DNA of 64,000 nucleotides from a virus, in IMG/VR virus record IMGVR_UViG_3300020196_000016, positions 18,595 through 82,594 of that record. One strand, 5' to 3'. Positions 61,565 to 64,000 of the stretch are shown in pieces. The position numbers were made by a program, and so were the translations under genes. Numbering within the stretch: position 1 is the stretch's first letter; every line of letters starts with the position of its first letter. The notes under the pieces are model-generated. The model saw nothing but the letters and a program-made list of their open reading frames with translations. It did no database searches and was not told the DNA's origin.

Positions 61565-62261
61565 ATTTAATTAGCCTTTCTTGAAATTCCACGTGGTTAA
61601 CTATCCAGATATTATCTTTTTGTTTTCGAAGGAGATTATTTTTTTTATCTTCATCTCCGTCTACAAGAACAACATAAAGTTTTTCTTTTGGCTCATTTGT
61701 TGCCCAATTTATAAAATCATCTGCTTCTTTTTCAACATTATCTTGATGGCCTCCAATTCCAACAACAACTTTCGCAAAAATATATCCCAAAATTTGCTTT
61801 TCATCATACCGACTTTTAATTAAACCGTCAATAGTTTTTAAATAAACATCGCTATTTTTAAGTTTCTTTTCGGTATCCGCAGCATTTATGACGCCTCCGG
61901 AACGCAAAGGTCTAAGTGCTTGCTTACCTCTTGTTGGAATTGCTTCTACTGTGATTTTATCTTTTAAAAATTCACCTATACCATTTATAATTTTTTTTTC
62001 TTCTATGCAGCCTTGACGAGATGCGTTTATACATATAACACAAGATACTGTGTAAGCATATCCTTCGTTTTCTTTGCAGATTTTTAGAAGTGAATCTTCA
62101 GATAAGTTGTTCGGATGATATTTTAAATATCTTTCTAAAGATTTTTTATTATAAGATTGTAATTGTTTAAAAGACTTGATGTTTTTAAATTGTTTAAAAA
62201 CTAAATTTATATTATTTTTATTATTATTTTCACGTTCATTTATTGCATCATAAGTAAACAT
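61509..62261 (-). CDS. Putative type II restriction endonuclease
   Basis: KTIDG...FAK...GGHQDNV..E...VLVDG; overlaps the methyltransferase gene. Confidence 0.6.
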   Translation of the reverse strand: MFTYDAINERENNNKNNINLVFKQFKNIKSFKQLQSYNKKSLERYLKYHPNNLSEDSLLKICKENEGYAYTVSCVICINASRQGCIEEKKIINGIGEFLKDKITVEAIPTRGKQALRPLRSGGVINAADTEKKLKNSDVYLKTIDGLIKSRYDEKQILGYIFAKVVVGIGGHQDNVEKEADDFINWATNEPKEKLYVVLVDGDEDKKNNLLRKQKDNIWIVNHVEFQERLIKYAQSEADTRTILHNNKSI

Positions 62262-62284
62262 ATATTTCCTATAATTTTAAATAT

Positions 62285-62311
62285 AAAAATCCCCACTTTG
62301 CAGTGGGGATC
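62285..62311 (-). terminator. Intrinsic terminator
   Basis: ATCCCCACT-GCAA-AGTGGGGAT followed by a T tract. Confidence 0.85.
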
Positions 62312-62321
62312 ATATCATACT

Positions 62322-62417
62322 TCATTTCTTTTTGCGATTCTTTTTACGAGCTTTTCTTTTAGCAGAACCCTGTTTTCTGCGTCCTTTACGGGGTCTGTTT
62401 TTTGCGGGCCACGGCAT
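62322..62417 (-). CDS. 31-aa highly basic peptide
   Basis: MPWPAKNRPRKGRRKQGSAKRKARKKNRKKK; AGGA RBS; terminator follows. Confidence 0.65.
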   Translation of the reverse strand: MPWPAKNRPRKGRRKQGSAKRKARKKNRKKK

Positions 62418-62623
62418 ACATTATCCTACCTTTCTTTGTGATTAAATCCAATTTCTACAACAAAATCTGGTTTACCAGAACAATCCATAAACTTTACACT
62501 ATTTTTATCAAGAACTATTCCTTTTTGATAACACCACATTTTTAGTGCTTCAAATACTTCGTCTTGATTAAAAGTATAAAGACCTTCACTTGTGTTTTTA
62601 TCAAACTTGCTATTCATATGTTC

Positions 62624-63119
62624 CTATGCTGCAATAAACTCATTTACAATAAACTTACCGTGGTGTGCATCACCATATCGTTCAAGGAAATGGTTTGTAA
62701 TATTACTTGGACGACCGACAAGACCGATCATATCACGATTCTTAAGAGTGTTCACTTCTCCCAGATCATCAACATATACAACTCGGGAAACACCTGCGTT
62801 CTTTAGGGCATGCTGACAGAGCGGACAAGGCTTTCCGTTCTTGTTTTGACGAGCATACGGGCACGAAGTGTTATTAAAACGATAAATATAAATTTTGCTA
62901 CCACTTGCTCGTTCTCCCATCTTGCTCAACAGATCAATTTCAGCATGCATAGAACACTTGAACACACTCTTGTTTCGTGAATAACGACGCTTATTGACGC
63001 CGAAGTTAATAATCTTGCCACCCTTGACACCAAAGGCAACAATCTGATGCTGGAGAGTATCATCCCGAAATTGGGATGCAATATCTTCAGCGAGGTACTA
63101 CAAAATCAAGATACTTCAT
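62624..63119 (-). CDS. Zn-dependent cytidine/dCMP deaminase-like protein, 5' end interrupted by 10 extra nt (63095-63104)
   Basis: HAE and PCPLC motifs; AGGAG RBS and ATG at 63119; the main frame is open only from 63097. Confidence 0.85.
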
Positions 63120-63148
63120 GGTATCAGGCTCCTATGTTGGTTGAACCA

Positions 63149-63177
63149 AGCATAGCACGCGATCCGTGGGCTGTCAA
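63149..63177 (-). promoter_or_regulatory. Sigma70-type promoter of the deaminase gene
   Basis: TTGACA-17bp-TATGCT, extended -10. Confidence 0.85.
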
Positions 63178-63524
63178 TCTGCGGGGACGAAAACATTTTT
63201 AAATTCATTTGGTAAGAGGTTGAATTGAATTAATTTAGCTTTTATTGTTATTAGATTTTTTGTTATTGCTTTATGTATTCTGTGGTGTCCATCAAGAATA
63301 TATATTATATTTTGCTTATCATCTACAAGAATTAATATTGGATATTTTAAATTTGCTGCTTGTATTTTAGTTTGTTCTTGTAAGTTATTATCCCAAGAAA
63401 GCAAATATGGAATTAATTGTTTAATAGATATATTTTTTTCTGGAAGATGTGAAGAAATATTTAATAAATCAGATAAATTTATTTTATTTCCGTCTTTTTC
63501 CCAAAATGTATTGTTTGTACTCAT
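63174..63524 (-). CDS. ParB/Srx-like domain protein
   Basis: YPILI...ILDGHHRIHKA. Confidence 0.75.
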   Translation of the reverse strand: MSTNNTFWEKDGNKINLSDLLNISSHLPEKNISIKQLIPYLLSWDNNLQEQTKIQAANLKYPILILVDDKQNIIYILDGHHRIHKAITKNLITIKAKLIQFNLLPNEFKNVFVPAD

Positions 63525-63531
63525 ATTTTAA

Positions 63532-63559
63532 CAAGAAACCCGCATTTCTGCGGGTTCTT
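63532..63559. terminator. Hairpin terminator
   Basis: aagaaacccgca-tttc-tgcgggttctt. Confidence 0.7.
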
Positions 63560-63566
63560 TGGTTAA

Positions 63567-63938
63567 TTATTTTGATTTTTTATTTTCATAAACAGTTTTA
63601 GGACTGTTAGGATTGTTTCCGCGTTCCATATCAACTTCTCTTTGGATTAGATCGATAAGAGCATTCCGATTAACTCTTCCATCTGGATCCATAACTTCTT
63701 TTGGTAATTGTGGTAGTATTTGTTTAATTTTTTCAATTGTCGCCGTATCTCTCGTTGGTGTTCCACCTGCTTGTATATTTTTTACCATATCAGCAAATGC
63801 CGATGCACTTACTCCTTGACTTGAAAATTTTTTCATTAATTGAAATAATTCGTGAGCAGGACTAGAAGTTGGTTGTCCCATCATCTCTTCCAATTCTTCT
63901 TTAATTATCTGCTTTAATCTATCTCGTGTTAATTTCAT
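63567..63938 (-). CDS. Probable virion-internal protein
   Basis: MKLTRDRLKQIIKEELEE leader; CTATTTA motif at 63960-63966. Confidence 0.6.
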   Translation of the reverse strand: MKLTRDRLKQIIKEELEEMMGQPTSSPAHELFQLMKKFSSQGVSASAFADMVKNIQAGGTPTRDTATIEKIKQILPQLPKEVMDPDGRVNRNALIDLIQREVDMERGNNPNSPKTVYENKKSK

Positions 63939-64000
63939 GTGTTTTCTCCCTACAAACATTAAATAGTCAGTGTTGAACGTCTTCGCCCTTCCCATCGGGG

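Noticed and set aside
105-63819. Plus-strand ORFs in the track (e.g. 12981-13661, 16137-17078, 26183-27103)
   Set aside because: Antisense shadows of clear minus-strand genes; no RBS or recognisable motifs.

Overview
A 64-kb segment of a large, AT-rich lytic dsDNA phage genome (jumbo/huge-phage type), with essentially all real genes on the minus strand. The left third (1-21 kb) is an early/accessory region: dense arrays of small ORFs, a >25-member paralog family of ~65-90 aa proteins (N-terminal Y-x-V/I-G-D-L, C-terminal W/Y-x-Y-P-V-x-K), a C5 DNA methylase, a MoxR ATPase and its VWA partner, four tRNAs and many sigma70-type promoters. The rest carries proteostasis genes (Hsp20, glutaredoxin, GroEL, GroES, ClpP), nucleotide genes (purA, guaB-like, dut, thyX, class II RNR, a deaminase), replication genes (DnaE, DnaB-like helicase, 5'-3' exonuclease), two AT-rich restriction-modification pairs, homing endonucleases, lysis enzymes and probable virion-internal proteins. 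Top observation: two unrelated genes (dnaE and the deaminase) are each broken near their 5' end by an extra 10 nt. The two inserts share a core (RTRGTRC-C) and sit at the apex of predicted hairpins. Removing them restores the PHP motif in DnaE and a continuous deaminase frame, which suggests a shared bypassing or micro-intron mechanism. All calls are by eye; no database searches were run.
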